A DNA stretch of 64,000 bases from Bacteroidota bacterium (GCA_016707685.1 JADJHE010000018.1:5447-69446), one strand, 5' to 3'. Positions 53,580 through 62,741 are shown, numbered from the stretch's first letter. The notes: a model not told the origin generated them from the sequence alone. Made by a program: numbers and translations.

Positions 53580-55577
53580 TTAGTATTTCCAAAGTACTTG
53601 CAATTGCTCTTCGAATCGTGCTTTTGGTAAAAAATTCCATTCCAAATCAGCATTCATAGGAACAGGTGTGTCTAAACTTGCTGAACGAACAACTGGTGCA
53701 TCTAAATTCTCAAAACAATTTTCTGAAATTACTGCAGCCAACTCGCCACCTAATCTTCCTACCAATGTATCTTCATGCAAAATAATGGCTTTACCTGTTT
53801 TCATAACCGATTTAATGATTGCTTCTTTGTCAAATGGTAACAAGGTTCTTAAATCGACTAAATCAGCCGAAATGTTAGGATATTTATCCAATACTTCTAG
53901 AGCCCAATGTACACCAATACCATAAGTGATAATACTAACATCGTTTCCTTCACGTACTAAATTTGCTTTACCAATTGGCACTGTAAAATAATCATCTGCT
54001 ACATCTTCGGTAACACTTCTATACAATGCTTTTTGTTCAAAATACATAACAGGATTTGGATCTTCGAACGAAGCCAACAACAATCCTTTTGCATCACTTG
54101 GAAATGCAGGATACACCACTTTTAATCCTGGAGTATGTGTAAACCATGCTTCATTGCTTTGAGAATGGAATGGTCCAGCTGCCACTGCTGCACCTGTTGG
54201 CATACGAACTACCACATCGGCATTTTGTCCCCAACGGTAATGCGATTTTGCTAAATTATTTACAATCTGATTAAACCCTTCTGTTACAAAATCAGCAAAC
54301 TGCATTTCAACCATCGCTTTCATTCCATTGATAGATAAGCCAAAACCGCTACCTACAATTGCCGACTCACACAAAGGTGTATTGCGAACTCGTTTTTTCC
54401 CAAACTCTTCCACAAAACCTTCGGTAATTTTAAACACACCACCATATTCTGCAATGTCTTGTCCCATCAACACCAAGTTAGAATGCTTGCGCATTGCCAA
54501 GCGCATCCCATCCGATATGGCATCAATCATACGCTTGTTTGTTTTGTTACCACTTGCTTTTGTTTCTACAAAATCAAAAGGTGCATACATATCACGTAAT
54601 TCCAATTCTGTATTTGGAGGAGGCAATGTTTCGGCATACGCTAATTCTAAGCCTGTTTCAATCTCTTCTTTAATTTCTGCACGGAATCCTTCAATCATTT
54701 TTTCATCCAACACACCTTCTTGCAACAAGTATTTTTCGAAATTATTCAATGGATCTTTTTTACCCCAGATATCAAACAATTCCTTTGGAACATATTTGGT
54801 ACCCGATGCTTCTTCGTGCCCACGCATACGGAATGTAATTAATTCCAATAAAATTGGACGAGGATTTTTACGCATCGATTCGGTTAAACGTTTTACGGTA
54901 TCGTATACTTCCAACACATTGTTTCCATCCACCTGCACTGCTTCCATCCCATAACCAATTCCTTTATCGATAAATTGTTTGCAACGGAATTGCTCATTAC
55001 TAGGTGTTGACAAACCATATCCATTGTTTTCAATTGCAAAAATCACAGGCAAATCCCAAACAGCTGCCACATTCAATGCTTCGTGAAAATCTCCTTCACT
55101 TGCACCACCATCACCCGAAAAAACAACTGTTGCTTTATTATTTTCTTTCAATAAATTACCCAATGCAATTCCATCGGCCAAACCAAGTTGTGGACCTAAA
55201 TGCGAGATCATCCCAATGATTTTGTACTCTTGGGTTCCAAAATGGAAAGAACGATCACGCCCTTTGGTAAAACCACTCGGTTTTCCTTGGAACTGACAAA
55301 ACAAGCGATTCAAAGGAATACCACGAGAAGTAAATACACCTAAATTACGATGCATCGGTAAAATATACTCTTCTTTGTCCATTGCCATAGCAATACCAAC
55401 AGAACCAGCTTCCTGCCCAATACCACTAAACCATTTAGCAATTTTACCTTGGCGTAAAAGCACCAACATTTTTTCTTCAATCATTCGAGGCTTTAATACA
55501 CCTTTGTAAAGGTCTATCAATACCTCATCTTTATATTTTTTTCGATCGTAACGAATAGGAGTTTCTGCAGTAATCAT
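53580..55577 (-). CDS. 2-oxoisovalerate (branched-chain 2-oxoacid) dehydrogenase E1 component, fused alpha and beta subunits
   Basis: The N-terminal half has the E1-alpha ThDP motif (GDGGASEGDFHEALN...NNGYG). The C-terminal half is E1-beta-like (MGQDI.EYGGVFK.T.GF...FG..RV.NTPL.E). Length 665 aa in one frame. Confidence 0.85.
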   Translation of the reverse strand: MITAETPIRYDRKKYKDEVLIDLYKGVLKPRMIEEKMLVLLRQGKIAKWFSGIGQEAGSVGIAMAMDKEEYILPMHRNLGVFTSRGIPLNRLFCQFQGKPSGFTKGRDRSFHFGTQEYKIIGMISHLGPQLGLADGIALGNLLKENNKATVVFSGDGGASEGDFHEALNVAAVWDLPVIFAIENNGYGLSTPSNEQFRCKQFIDKGIGYGMEAVQVDGNNVLEVYDTVKRLTESMRKNPRPILLELITFRMRGHEEASGTKYVPKELFDIWGKKDPLNNFEKYLLQEGVLDEKMIEGFRAEIKEEIETGLELAYAETLPPPNTELELRDMYAPFDFVETKASGNKTNKRMIDAISDGMRLAMRKHSNLVLMGQDIAEYGGVFKITEGFVEEFGKKRVRNTPLCESAIVGSGFGLSINGMKAMVEMQFADFVTEGFNQIVNNLAKSHYRWGQNADVVVRMPTGAAVAAGPFHSQSNEAWFTHTPGLKVVYPAFPSDAKGLLLASFEDPNPVMYFEQKALYRSVTEDVADDYFTVPIGKANLVREGNDVSIITYGIGVHWALEVLDKYPNISADLVDLRTLLPFDKEAIIKSVMKTGKAIILHEDTLVGRLGGELAAVISENCFENLDAPVVRSASLDTPVPMNADLEWNFLPKARFEEQLQVLWKY

Positions 55578-55660
55578 ATGTATTGTTTTTACGGGCGTAA
55601 AATTATTAAAAAATAAGGACTTTTAGCGGTATAATTTTCCGTAATTTTGTATTCCAATCA

Positions 55661-55804
55661 TGATTCAAGAAATAGCCGTATATCTACTTGTTTTATTAGC
55701 ACTTTGCTATGTTGGCTACCGCTTTTATGCAAGCATCAAAAAAAAGCAAGCCTGCGATAAGTGCGAACTCATGAAAGCTGTTAAGAAAACCGAACCAAAA
55801 TGAT
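55661..55804 (+). CDS. small membrane protein, FeoB-associated Cys-rich-like (47 aa)
   Basis: Own translation: MIQEIAVYLLVLLALCYVGYRFYASIKKKQACDKCELMKAVKKTEPK*. This is one TM helix followed by a basic C..C tail. The stop overlaps the next start (ATGA, 55800-55804). It is below the ORF-track length cut-off. Confidence 0.4.
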
Positions 55805-56369
55805 AAAAAAAATCAGCCTACTTTTTATACTAATTAGTGTTTCAATTGCTGGATTTGCTCAAAAAGACAGTTTAAAAACCAATACAGGATTAATATACGG
55901 ACATAATCATTCCTATTTTTTAACCGCACCAAGTGGCTGGGTACTCGATAATGAAAGTGGCAGAGAGGAAAATTTAATGGCCGTATTTTATCCAAAAGGA
56001 GAAACTTGGGCCGATGCTGAAACAGTAATGTACACAACCTTTACAAGTTACGACACTACCAAAAATGAAAAATTAAAGGATGTGATTCTGTACGACAGTA
56101 CTGCTTTTATTGCTCGTGCTCCTAAAATAAAAATAAAAGCAAAAGGAACCATTCAAATTGGCAAAAACAAAAATGCAGTTGTGTATGAATATGCCGATGC
56201 CGAAAACAAAAACTTTGAACGTGTAGCCTATATTGCCGAAAAAAAAGGAGTTGCAATGATTATCATAACATCTCGCACAAAAAACGGATTGGAGAAAAAC
56301 GCAAAAAAATTCCAATCTCTTACCAAAACCTACCGCTTTTTAACGGATCAAGTAAAGTTGCCTGATTAA
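55800..56369 (+). CDS. hypothetical secreted protein
   Basis: Signal peptide MIKKISLLFILISVSIAGFAQ. No motifs recognised. Confidence 0.55.
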   Translation: MIKKISLLFILISVSIAGFAQKDSLKTNTGLIYGHNHSYFLTAPSGWVLDNESGREENLMAVFYPKGETWADAETVMYTTFTSYDTTKNEKLKDVILYDSTAFIARAPKIKIKAKGTIQIGKNKNAVVYEYADAENKNFERVAYIAEKKGVAMIIITSRTKNGLEKNAKKFQSLTKTYRFLTDQVKLPD

Positions 56370-56370
56370 A

Positions 56371-56778
56371 CTATTTGGTTGGTTGCGTTGCTTTTATTGA
56401 TAAAACGTATTTATAAACAGCATCCTTTTCCGCATCCGACATTCTTGCTTTGTAAGCCATATTTTCAACCAAATCTTTCCATTGTGCTTCGCCATAGTTA
56501 TAAATATTGTTTGCAGTATGGCAATTGATACAAGCACCATTGGTATACAATTCATATCCTTGTTTTAGCTTATCCATTGTTACATCGCTAAATTTTGCTT
56601 GAATAGCCACTAACTCTTCATTACCTGGAGCTTGAATTCCAGTTGTTCTGGAAACCACCATAGGTGTTGATGAAATAGTGGATGATTCAGAAGTGCTTGT
56701 TGTTGTGCTTTTTTTAGCGGTGCTGCATGCTGCAATAATTAAAGCAGAAATTGCAAATAGTAGTATTTTTGATTTCAT
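56371..56778 (-). CDS. small c-type-cytochrome-like lipoprotein (single CXXCH)
   Basis: Lipobox LIIAACS, a Ser/Thr-rich linker, then a GACINCHT heme-binding motif. Length 135 aa. Confidence 0.55.
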   Translation of the reverse strand: MKSKILLFAISALIIAACSTAKKSTTTSTSESSTISSTPMVVSRTTGIQAPGNEELVAIQAKFSDVTMDKLKQGYELYTNGACINCHTANNIYNYGEAQWKDLVENMAYKARMSDAEKDAVYKYVLSIKATQPTK

Positions 56779-56799
56779 TTTTTTATCGTTTTAAGTTAT

Positions 56800-57372
56800 T
56801 TACAACACTCGTTTTTGTTGTTCACTTGTTTGAATTGTTTTTTCTAAGCGAGCCAATCTTGTTTTTTCTTGCTTGGCAGTCATAATCCAATGCACCATCA
56901 CTTTTTTATATGAAGGTGCTTGCTCATTGAAAAAATTCCAAGCTAATTTATTCTTTTTAAATTGTTTTTCAAAATCCGGACTTAAAAAAGAGGGTTCTTT
57001 TTCGTGAGAATAAATTTTTGATTTATGCTCCTTTCTCAATGAAAAAGCATGCAGTCCTTCAGGCAACATTAAACCCGCATTGGTTAGCTCCTCCACTTTT
57101 TTGATATTGATAGCACTCCAAATACTTGTTGGTTTTCGATGTGTAAACCGAATGCAATAACTATCTTTATCTATTGACCTACGAACACCATCTATCCAAC
57201 CAAAACAAAGCGCTTCGTCAACAGATTGCGACCATGTCATGGATGCTTTACCACTATCCACTTTGTAATAACCAACAATTAATTCTTTTTCTTTTTTATG
57301 ATTTTTTTCTAACCATTTTCTAAACAAGGCTTGTGTTGCAAAAAATGTTGCTTTTATACTGTTAGTTGACAT
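56800..57372 (-). CDS. YdeI/OmpD-associated family protein
   Basis: Family-typical pattern FRKWLEKNH....EL.VG.YK........TW...VDEALCFGWIDG.R..ID...Y..RFT.RK..S.WS..N. Length 190 aa. Confidence 0.65.
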   Translation of the reverse strand: MSTNSIKATFFATQALFRKWLEKNHKKEKELIVGYYKVDSGKASMTWSQSVDEALCFGWIDGVRRSIDKDSYCIRFTHRKPTSIWSAINIKKVEELTNAGLMLPEGLHAFSLRKEHKSKIYSHEKEPSFLSPDFEKQFKKNKLAWNFFNEQAPSYKKVMVHWIMTAKQEKTRLARLEKTIQTSEQQKRVL

Positions 57373-57380
57373 AATGAATT

Positions 57381-57953
57381 CTAAACTATTAATTTTCCAC
57401 GAAATCCTCTTGCTGCATAATACGATTCAGCACCATTGTGATAAACAAAGACCATAGCATAGCGATAATCTGCGAAAAGAGCACCACCCAGTTTACGAAT
57501 TGTGTCGGGTGTATGTATCCAACTCGATGTTTTTGAGTCAAAATTTCCTAGTTGCTGCAAAGCACGGTATTCTTTTTCATCCAAAATTTCAATACCCATT
57601 TCCTCTGCCATTCCTAGTGCACTATTTTGGGGTTTATTTTCTTTTCTCGACTCCAATGCTTTCTGATCATAACAAACACTTCTCCGGTCTTTAGGACTTT
57701 CGGGCGAGCAATCAACAAATGTATACTCTCCTGTTTTTTTATCGAATGCTACTACATCGGGTTCACCACCTGTTTTTTCCATTTCGTTGAGCGACCAACA
57801 TTTTTCAGGATTTGCCTCCAATTTTGCATGTACCTTGTTCCATTCAATAGCTTGGTGGCGACTCCTGTATTTTTCGAAACGCAATTTTAATGTGCTGAAT
57901 AATTCTTTCGTTTCGGAAGCAGACAATGCTTTTGTGTTATTTTTCTTTGCCAT
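57381..57953 (-). CDS. DUF4256 family protein
   Basis: Length 190 aa. The pattern L..RFE....RH..IEW..V.AKLEANPEK.WSLNEME.TGGEPDVV matches my recollection of DUF4256. Confidence 0.55.
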   Translation of the reverse strand: MAKKNNTKALSASETKELFSTLKLRFEKYRSRHQAIEWNKVHAKLEANPEKCWSLNEMEKTGGEPDVVAFDKKTGEYTFVDCSPESPKDRRSVCYDQKALESRKENKPQNSALGMAEEMGIEILDEKEYRALQQLGNFDSKTSSWIHTPDTIRKLGGALFADYRYAMVFVYHNGAESYYAARGFRGKLIV

Positions 57954-57959
57954 TGTATT

Positions 57960-58433
57960 TTAATCTATTGGTTCCCACAATTGAATTTTATTTCCTTCGG
58001 CATCAAGTATATGAACAAACTTGCCATAATCGTATGTTTCAATGGTATCCACAATTGTTACAGCTTCCTTTTTTAAAGCATCAACGAGTGTCACCAAGTT
58101 TTCTACTCTATAATTAATCATAAAATCTTTTTTTGAAGGCTCAAAATACTTCGTTGTTTCGGCAAATGGTGTCCATTGTGTTTGTGCTTTCTTTGTACTA
58201 TCTGCACCTTCATACCAGTCGAACGTTGTACCATATGGATTTGTATTGAAACCAAGATGTTTTTGATACCATGCAGTCATTTTTTTAGGGTCTTTGCATT
58301 TAAAAAAAATGCCACCAATGCCTGTTACTCGTTTTGCTTCCACCTTAGAAGGTTGTGTAGTTAATGTTTTGAATGCAAAACCAAAACCGAATGATGCGGC
58401 TAGAGCTAAAATTAGCAATGTTGTTTTTTTCAT
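57960..58433 (-). CDS. VOC (glyoxalase/bleomycin-resistance fold) family protein with signal peptide
   Basis: Signal peptide MKKTTLLILALAASFGFGFA. It is followed by GIGGIFFKCKDPKKM.AWY.KHLGF and ..DAEGNKIQLWEP. Confidence 0.65.
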   Translation of the reverse strand: MKKTTLLILALAASFGFGFAFKTLTTQPSKVEAKRVTGIGGIFFKCKDPKKMTAWYQKHLGFNTNPYGTTFDWYEGADSTKKAQTQWTPFAETTKYFEPSKKDFMINYRVENLVTLVDALKKEAVTIVDTIETYDYGKFVHILDAEGNKIQLWEPID

Positions 58434-58479
58434 CTTTAATTATTTAATAAACTATTTTAAAAATTCAGGCAATTTGAAA

Positions 58480-59181
58480 TTAAACCCTTACACCAAATAT
58501 ATAACCTACCAATGCAGATAAGCCCATTGCCAGTGTACCCCAAATGGTAATACGTATAATTGCTTTTTTTATACTGGAGCCACCTGTTTTTGCAGCAATA
58601 ATTCCCAAGATAATTAAGAAAATACTAGTGAAGCCATATAACCAATATTCCATCCCTTTAACGGGTGCAAAAAGTATCACTAAAAGCGGCAATAAGCCTC
58701 CAACCGTAAATGCTGTTCCTGAAGCGATGGCTGCTTGTATTGGATTTGCTTGGCTAATTTCATTAATACCCAATTCATCTCTTATGTGAGCACCCAATGC
58801 ATCCTTCTCAGTCAATTCAATAGCCACTTGCATCGCTGTTTCTTTCTTTAGTCCTCTTTTCTCATATATTTGAGCCAGTATGTTCAACTCCTCTTCTGGC
58901 ATCTCTTTAAGCTCAATAATCTCTCTTTCGATATCTGCTTTTTCGGTATCCGTTTGTGAACTCACAGAAACATATTCACCAGCAGCCATTGACAAGGCAC
59001 CTGCTACTAGTCCAGCTACAGTTGCTAAAACAATTGGTTCTCGTGTTGAACTTGCAGCAGCAACTCCTATTGCAAGACTCGAAATGGAAATTATTCCATC
59101 GTTTGCTCCTAACACAGCAGCTCTTAACCAATTGCTTCGGTGTATATAATGACTGTCTAAATAATTATCAATTGTTATCAT
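58480..59181 (-). CDS. VIT1/CCC1-family iron/manganese transporter
   Basis: Motifs WLRAAVLGANDGIISISSLAIGVAAA and GALSMAAGEYVSVSSQ.D.E, plus C-terminal TM helices. Length 233 aa. Confidence 0.8.
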   Translation of the reverse strand: MITIDNYLDSHYIHRSNWLRAAVLGANDGIISISSLAIGVAAASSTREPIVLATVAGLVAGALSMAAGEYVSVSSQTDTEKADIEREIIELKEMPEEELNILAQIYEKRGLKKETAMQVAIELTEKDALGAHIRDELGINEISQANPIQAAIASGTAFTVGGLLPLLVILFAPVKGMEYWLYGFTSIFLIILGIIAAKTGGSSIKKAIIRITIWGTLAMGLSALVGYIFGVRV

Positions 59182-59305
59182 TTTATTTTTATTTTTTTAA
59201 GTACCTGAAAATTGCAAATAAATTAAAGCGACAGCAGCAACTGTCATAATTATCAATGCTGCAAAGCCTAAAATATTGGCTCCTTTTCCATTCACATTTT
59301 CCCCA

Positions 59306-60466
59306 TTATTTTTTATTGTTAGAAATATGAAGTATGATAGCTATTAGAACGGGAGCTGTAAGTCCATACAAAATAGCAGTATAAATAAGTGATTGAATTG
59401 GAGTGATGCCGATGTAGTTTAATGACAAACCAAGTATCAATGAAATTGCAATAACAACATAAAATGCTTTTGCTTCATGAAATTTCTTATTTAGCCCTTG
59501 TTCCCAACCAAATGTTTCTGTGATGATATAAGAAATTGAACCACTTAATACAGGTATTGCAATAAGGCCTGTTCCGATTACACCAATAGCAAAAAGTAAG
59601 TATGCTAAATTTCCTGCTAAAGGTTTTAATGCCATTGCAGCTTGTTCTACAGTGTCAATTTGATGAATGCCACCTTTATACAAAACAGTGCCAGTAGTAA
59701 GAATAATAAAGTACATAACAAAACCAGAAACTGTCATACCAAAATCAACATCCTGGTTCATATCACGGATTAACTTTTTATTTACAATCAAATGCTTCTT
59801 TTTACTTTTCATCTCTTCAACCTCAACCGATGCTTGCCAAAAGAAAAGGTAAGGCGAAATGGTTGTGCCAAGTATTCCTACAAGGATGGCAATAAAGGCC
59901 TTATCGAATTTAATTGTTGGAATAAAAGTAGCTTTGAATATTTCGCCAAAATCCTGTTTATATAAAAATGGAACTATAAAATATACCAACATTACAATAC
60001 ATAAGTATTTTAGAATGGATGCAATTTTTTGATAGGGTAAATAGATTATTAAGCCTAAAAGAATAATTGTAAAAAGAACACTGAAATAATTAGCATCTAT
60101 TGATGGAAATAACAGATTCCCTACAGCTCCCATGCCTGCAATATCGGCTCCAATATTCATTACAATAGCTGGGAAGCTAAACACTAACATCACATATAAA
60201 ATAGGTTTCGGGTAATGTTTTTTAAGCGTTCCTGTTAAGCCTTGTGAAGTTACTAATCCTATTCTCGCACACATCTGCTGAATAGAAGCCATGAGTGGAA
60301 AAGCTACAATTGCGGTCCACAATGTTGAAAGTCCATATGCTGCACCCGCCTGAGAATAGGTTGCAATACCCGATGGGTCATCATCACTTGCACCTGTAAC
60401 AAGCCCTGGTCCAAGTTTTTTCCAACTGCTAAAAATTTTCGAGGAAAATGTTTTCTTTTTAATCAT
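59306..60466 (-). CDS. NRAMP-family divalent metal cation transporter
   Basis: Motif GPGLVTGASDDDPSGIATYSQAGA (the DPGN-like first-helix motif region). About 11 hydrophobic spans. Length 386 aa. Confidence 0.75.
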   Translation of the reverse strand: MIKKKTFSSKIFSSWKKLGPGLVTGASDDDPSGIATYSQAGAAYGLSTLWTAIVAFPLMASIQQMCARIGLVTSQGLTGTLKKHYPKPILYVMLVFSFPAIVMNIGADIAGMGAVGNLLFPSIDANYFSVLFTIILLGLIIYLPYQKIASILKYLCIVMLVYFIVPFLYKQDFGEIFKATFIPTIKFDKAFIAILVGILGTTISPYLFFWQASVEVEEMKSKKKHLIVNKKLIRDMNQDVDFGMTVSGFVMYFIILTTGTVLYKGGIHQIDTVEQAAMALKPLAGNLAYLLFAIGVIGTGLIAIPVLSGSISYIITETFGWEQGLNKKFHEAKAFYVVIAISLILGLSLNYIGITPIQSLIYTAILYGLTAPVLIAIILHISNNKK

Positions 60467-60791
60467 TTTTTAGTTGTTGTTGAATGCTCATGAAAAGCAC
60501 AACTAAGATAGGTAAAAAGCAGTGGTTATAATTAGTTGATTTGGAGAACCAAATCAAATTTGTGTTAATTGCGTTATTATACAACCGACCTTCTCGTCAA
60601 TATTCACGGTTCTAGTCGCTTTATAAATTGCTTATTTGCCAATCCTATTTGTTTGAAAAGGATCTTTCAAGTGTTATAAGCTCAACACTTTAAGCCTTCT
60701 CACGCTAATTATTTTTAACAATTTGAAGTATTGAACTTCAGGCTTTTATTTCCAAACCTGAAATCGTTTTCGATGTTTTTCAGAAATAAAT

Positions 60792-61229
60792 TTATCCCTT
60801 ATAATTCGGATCAAAATCGACCATCCATTCAATGCCATATTTATCTCTAAACATTCCAAAGTATGAACCCCAAGGACTGTCCATTATTGGCATTTCAATT
60901 TGTCCGCCTGCAGAAAGTCCGTTGAATAATTTGTCGGCTTCTTCTTTACTTTCTGCACTAATAACAATTTTACTTCTGTTTTCATTTTCATTTGTTTTCC
61001 CCAATATTTCAGGAACATCATTTGCCATTAACATACTTTTACCAATTGGTAAAGCAATGTGCATTATTTTATTGGCTTCATGTTCCGCTACTGGAAATTC
61101 TGCACTTGCTAAATCTTTGAAACGCATAATTTTTGAGAACTCTCCGCCAAATACGGATTTGTAAAAGTTAAATGCTTCTTCGGCATTGCCGTTGAAGTTA
61201 ATGTGTGGATTGATACTTGCCGTATTAAT
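60792..61229 (-). CDS. VOC/PhnB-like (glyoxalase fold) protein; conserved N-terminal strand has no canonical start codon
   Basis: ORF 60792..61127 starts at an internal Met. The same frame stays open to 61229 and encodes INTASINPHINFNGNAEEAFNFYKSVFGGEFSKIM.., which looks like the family's N-terminus. It offers only ATT/ATC as possible starts, after the TAA at 61230-61232. Confidence 0.55.
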   Translation of the reverse strand: MNTASINPHINFNGNAEEAFNFYKSVFGGEFSKIMRFKDLASAEFPVAEHEANKIMHIALPIGKSMLMANDVPEILGKTNENENRSKIVISAESKEEADKLFNGLSAGGQIEMPIMDSPWGSYFGMFRDKYGIEWMVDFDPNYKG

Positions 61230-61263
61230 TTAAGTCTTAAAATTTAGTTATTAGATATTTGTT

Positions 61264-61464
61264 CTAATTCGAAGTGTTTGAAACTGCTTCAAATCGATTG
61301 TTATTTTCAGCCATCCATTTTTGTTGGTCTTCTTTTGTTTTACTTGGATCGTTCATTACATCCGAGTGGGCTTGCATATAGTGAGGCATAAGATTTTGCA
61401 TCCACTCTTAAAATGTTTCGCCTTGGGCAGTTGTTTCGCATAAATCGCACTTTAATGTTTTCAT
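61264..61464 (-). pseudogene. DUF1059-like small protein interrupted by an in-frame TAA (codon 19)
   Basis: Own translation: MKTLKCDLCETTAQGETF*EWMQNLMPHYMQAHSDVMNDPSKTKEDQQKWMAENNNRFEAVSNTSN*. The stop lies at 61408-61410, and a single substitution (e.g. GAA to TAA) would explain it. Confidence 0.5.
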
Positions 61465-61761
61465 AACTATTATTTTTTATTATTTATGTTCTAAAAATAT
61501 TTTTTTGCTAGCAATTTCGGTGTTGCTCTATAATGACACCTAACGTTCTTGGGCTTTGCGTTGTGCAAGTTTAGAGCACTACTTTTCATACGAAGCACCA
61601 AACTTTAAATTTAGTAAAAACTGTCATACGAAGTACTGAACGCCCATTGTTACTAAACTGTAGTTAGTTGTGATTTTTCTATTTTCAATTGTCAAAACCT
61701 TTCACCAACTTTAATTTGTTTTTTCAAAGACGCACATTGTTTTTCGAAATTTAAAAATTCT

Positions 61762-62232
61762 TTATTCTACTTTGCAGGTTGGATTACACTTTACTTCAAA
61801 ATTCATAGAATTGGCTATGTAACAAATTTCGTGTGCTTTGTGATGCAACTCGATGGCTCTTTCTACCATCGTTTCATCGGCAACACAAAAAATTGGATTC
61901 AACGTTACTTCTTTGAAACTGCCACCACCACTTGCATTTTCAATCATAATACCTGTGGCATTGTCAATGTAAGATGTAATTACAATTCCTTCCATTGCAC
62001 ATACATACAAGTAGGAAAGCATGTGGCAGGATGAAATGGCTGATACCAATAAATCTTCAGGATTCAATTTTGATTTGTCTCCAACAGCAGGATTGTCCGT
62101 TGTTAGGAATAATTCAGGTTTCCCTTGAATGGTTACAGTATGGCTACGGCCATAGTCTCGAACATTTTTTGTTCCATTACCATTATTGCCTGTCCAAACT
62201 GCAGTTAGTTTGTAGTTGTGTTCGTGTGCCAT
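61762..62232 (-). CDS. OsmC-family peroxiredoxin-like protein
   Basis: The sequence begins H.Y....W.GN.G.GT and carries NPEDLLVSAISSCHMLSYLY, with the conserved Cys pair context (..SSC.. and ..EICYIANS). Length 156 aa. Confidence 0.75.
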   Translation of the reverse strand: MAHEHNYKLTAVWTGNNGNGTKNVRDYGRSHTVTIQGKPELFLTTDNPAVGDKSKLNPEDLLVSAISSCHMLSYLYVCAMEGIVITSYIDNATGIMIENASGGGSFKEVTLNPIFCVADETMVERAIELHHKAHEICYIANSMNFEVKCNPTCKVE

Positions 62233-62243
62233 TGTATTTTAAT

Positions 62244-62579
62244 TTATTGTTCTTCAATTATTGATGTTCCTTTTGATTTATCTCCTGAAGTCCATTCCCA
62301 ATTTTCGTGAAGGCGAATTTTCCCATTTTCAAGAATTTCTGGTATTGATTTACAAATTCCTGTCATCAATTCGTCTTTGTCATTTACTTGGTGATAACGC
62401 ATTTCTATATTTCCTAAATGGTCAACCAAACCAATTAAATGACCATATTTAATTTTCCCTCCAGAATATACAGAAGTAAGAATATTTCCAACTTGCTTGT
62501 AATGAAAAAGTGTTTCGTTCGAAGTCTCTCCGTTTTCAGTGTTACTAATCGGTCTGAATATTTTGTCGTTATAGTTCAT
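62244..62579 (-). CDS. hypothetical small protein (about 111 aa)
   Basis: ORF 62244..62633. The likely start is M19 (MNYNDKIFRPISNTENGE..., ATG at 62577-62579). No motif recognised with confidence. Confidence 0.5.
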   Translation of the reverse strand: MNYNDKIFRPISNTENGETSNETLFHYKQVGNILTSVYSGGKIKYGHLIGLVDHLGNIEMRYHQVNDKDELMTGICKSIPEILENGKIRLHENWEWTSGDKSKGTSIIEEQ

Positions 62580-62741
62580 TGTGTCGTTTTTTTTAATTCT
62601 CACCAACGTTTTTCTGCTTAACGAAGGCGGCAATTTTTACCCTGAATATTAATGTGGAGTCCGCAAGAGGCGAATGTTTAACCACATATGTTTCTTCAGA
62701 GCACGAAACCCTGCATATTACAAATGTGCCGTTATAAGCAG

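Noticed and set aside
54328-54954. 208-aa plus-strand ORF antisense to the E1 dehydrogenase gene
   Set aside because: It is a shadow ORF inside a strongly supported 665-aa gene, with no independent signals.
59182-59305. A GTG-initiated hydrophobic ORF of about 34 codons (..NGKGANILGFAALIIMTVAAVALIYLQFSGT*) between the NRAMP and VIT1 genes
   Set aside because: It has no ATG, the frame runs out of the NRAMP coding region, and a single hydrophobic stretch arises easily by chance in AT-rich DNA. There is not enough support to call a gene.
60467-60791. The 325-nt leader of the NRAMP gene, considered as a manganese (yybP-ykoY) or other metal riboswitch
   Set aside because: I could not find the conserved yybP-ykoY cores or any four-way-junction-like arrangement when reading the minus strand. 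Only a short palindrome and small hairpins are present, and the palindrome is reported separately.
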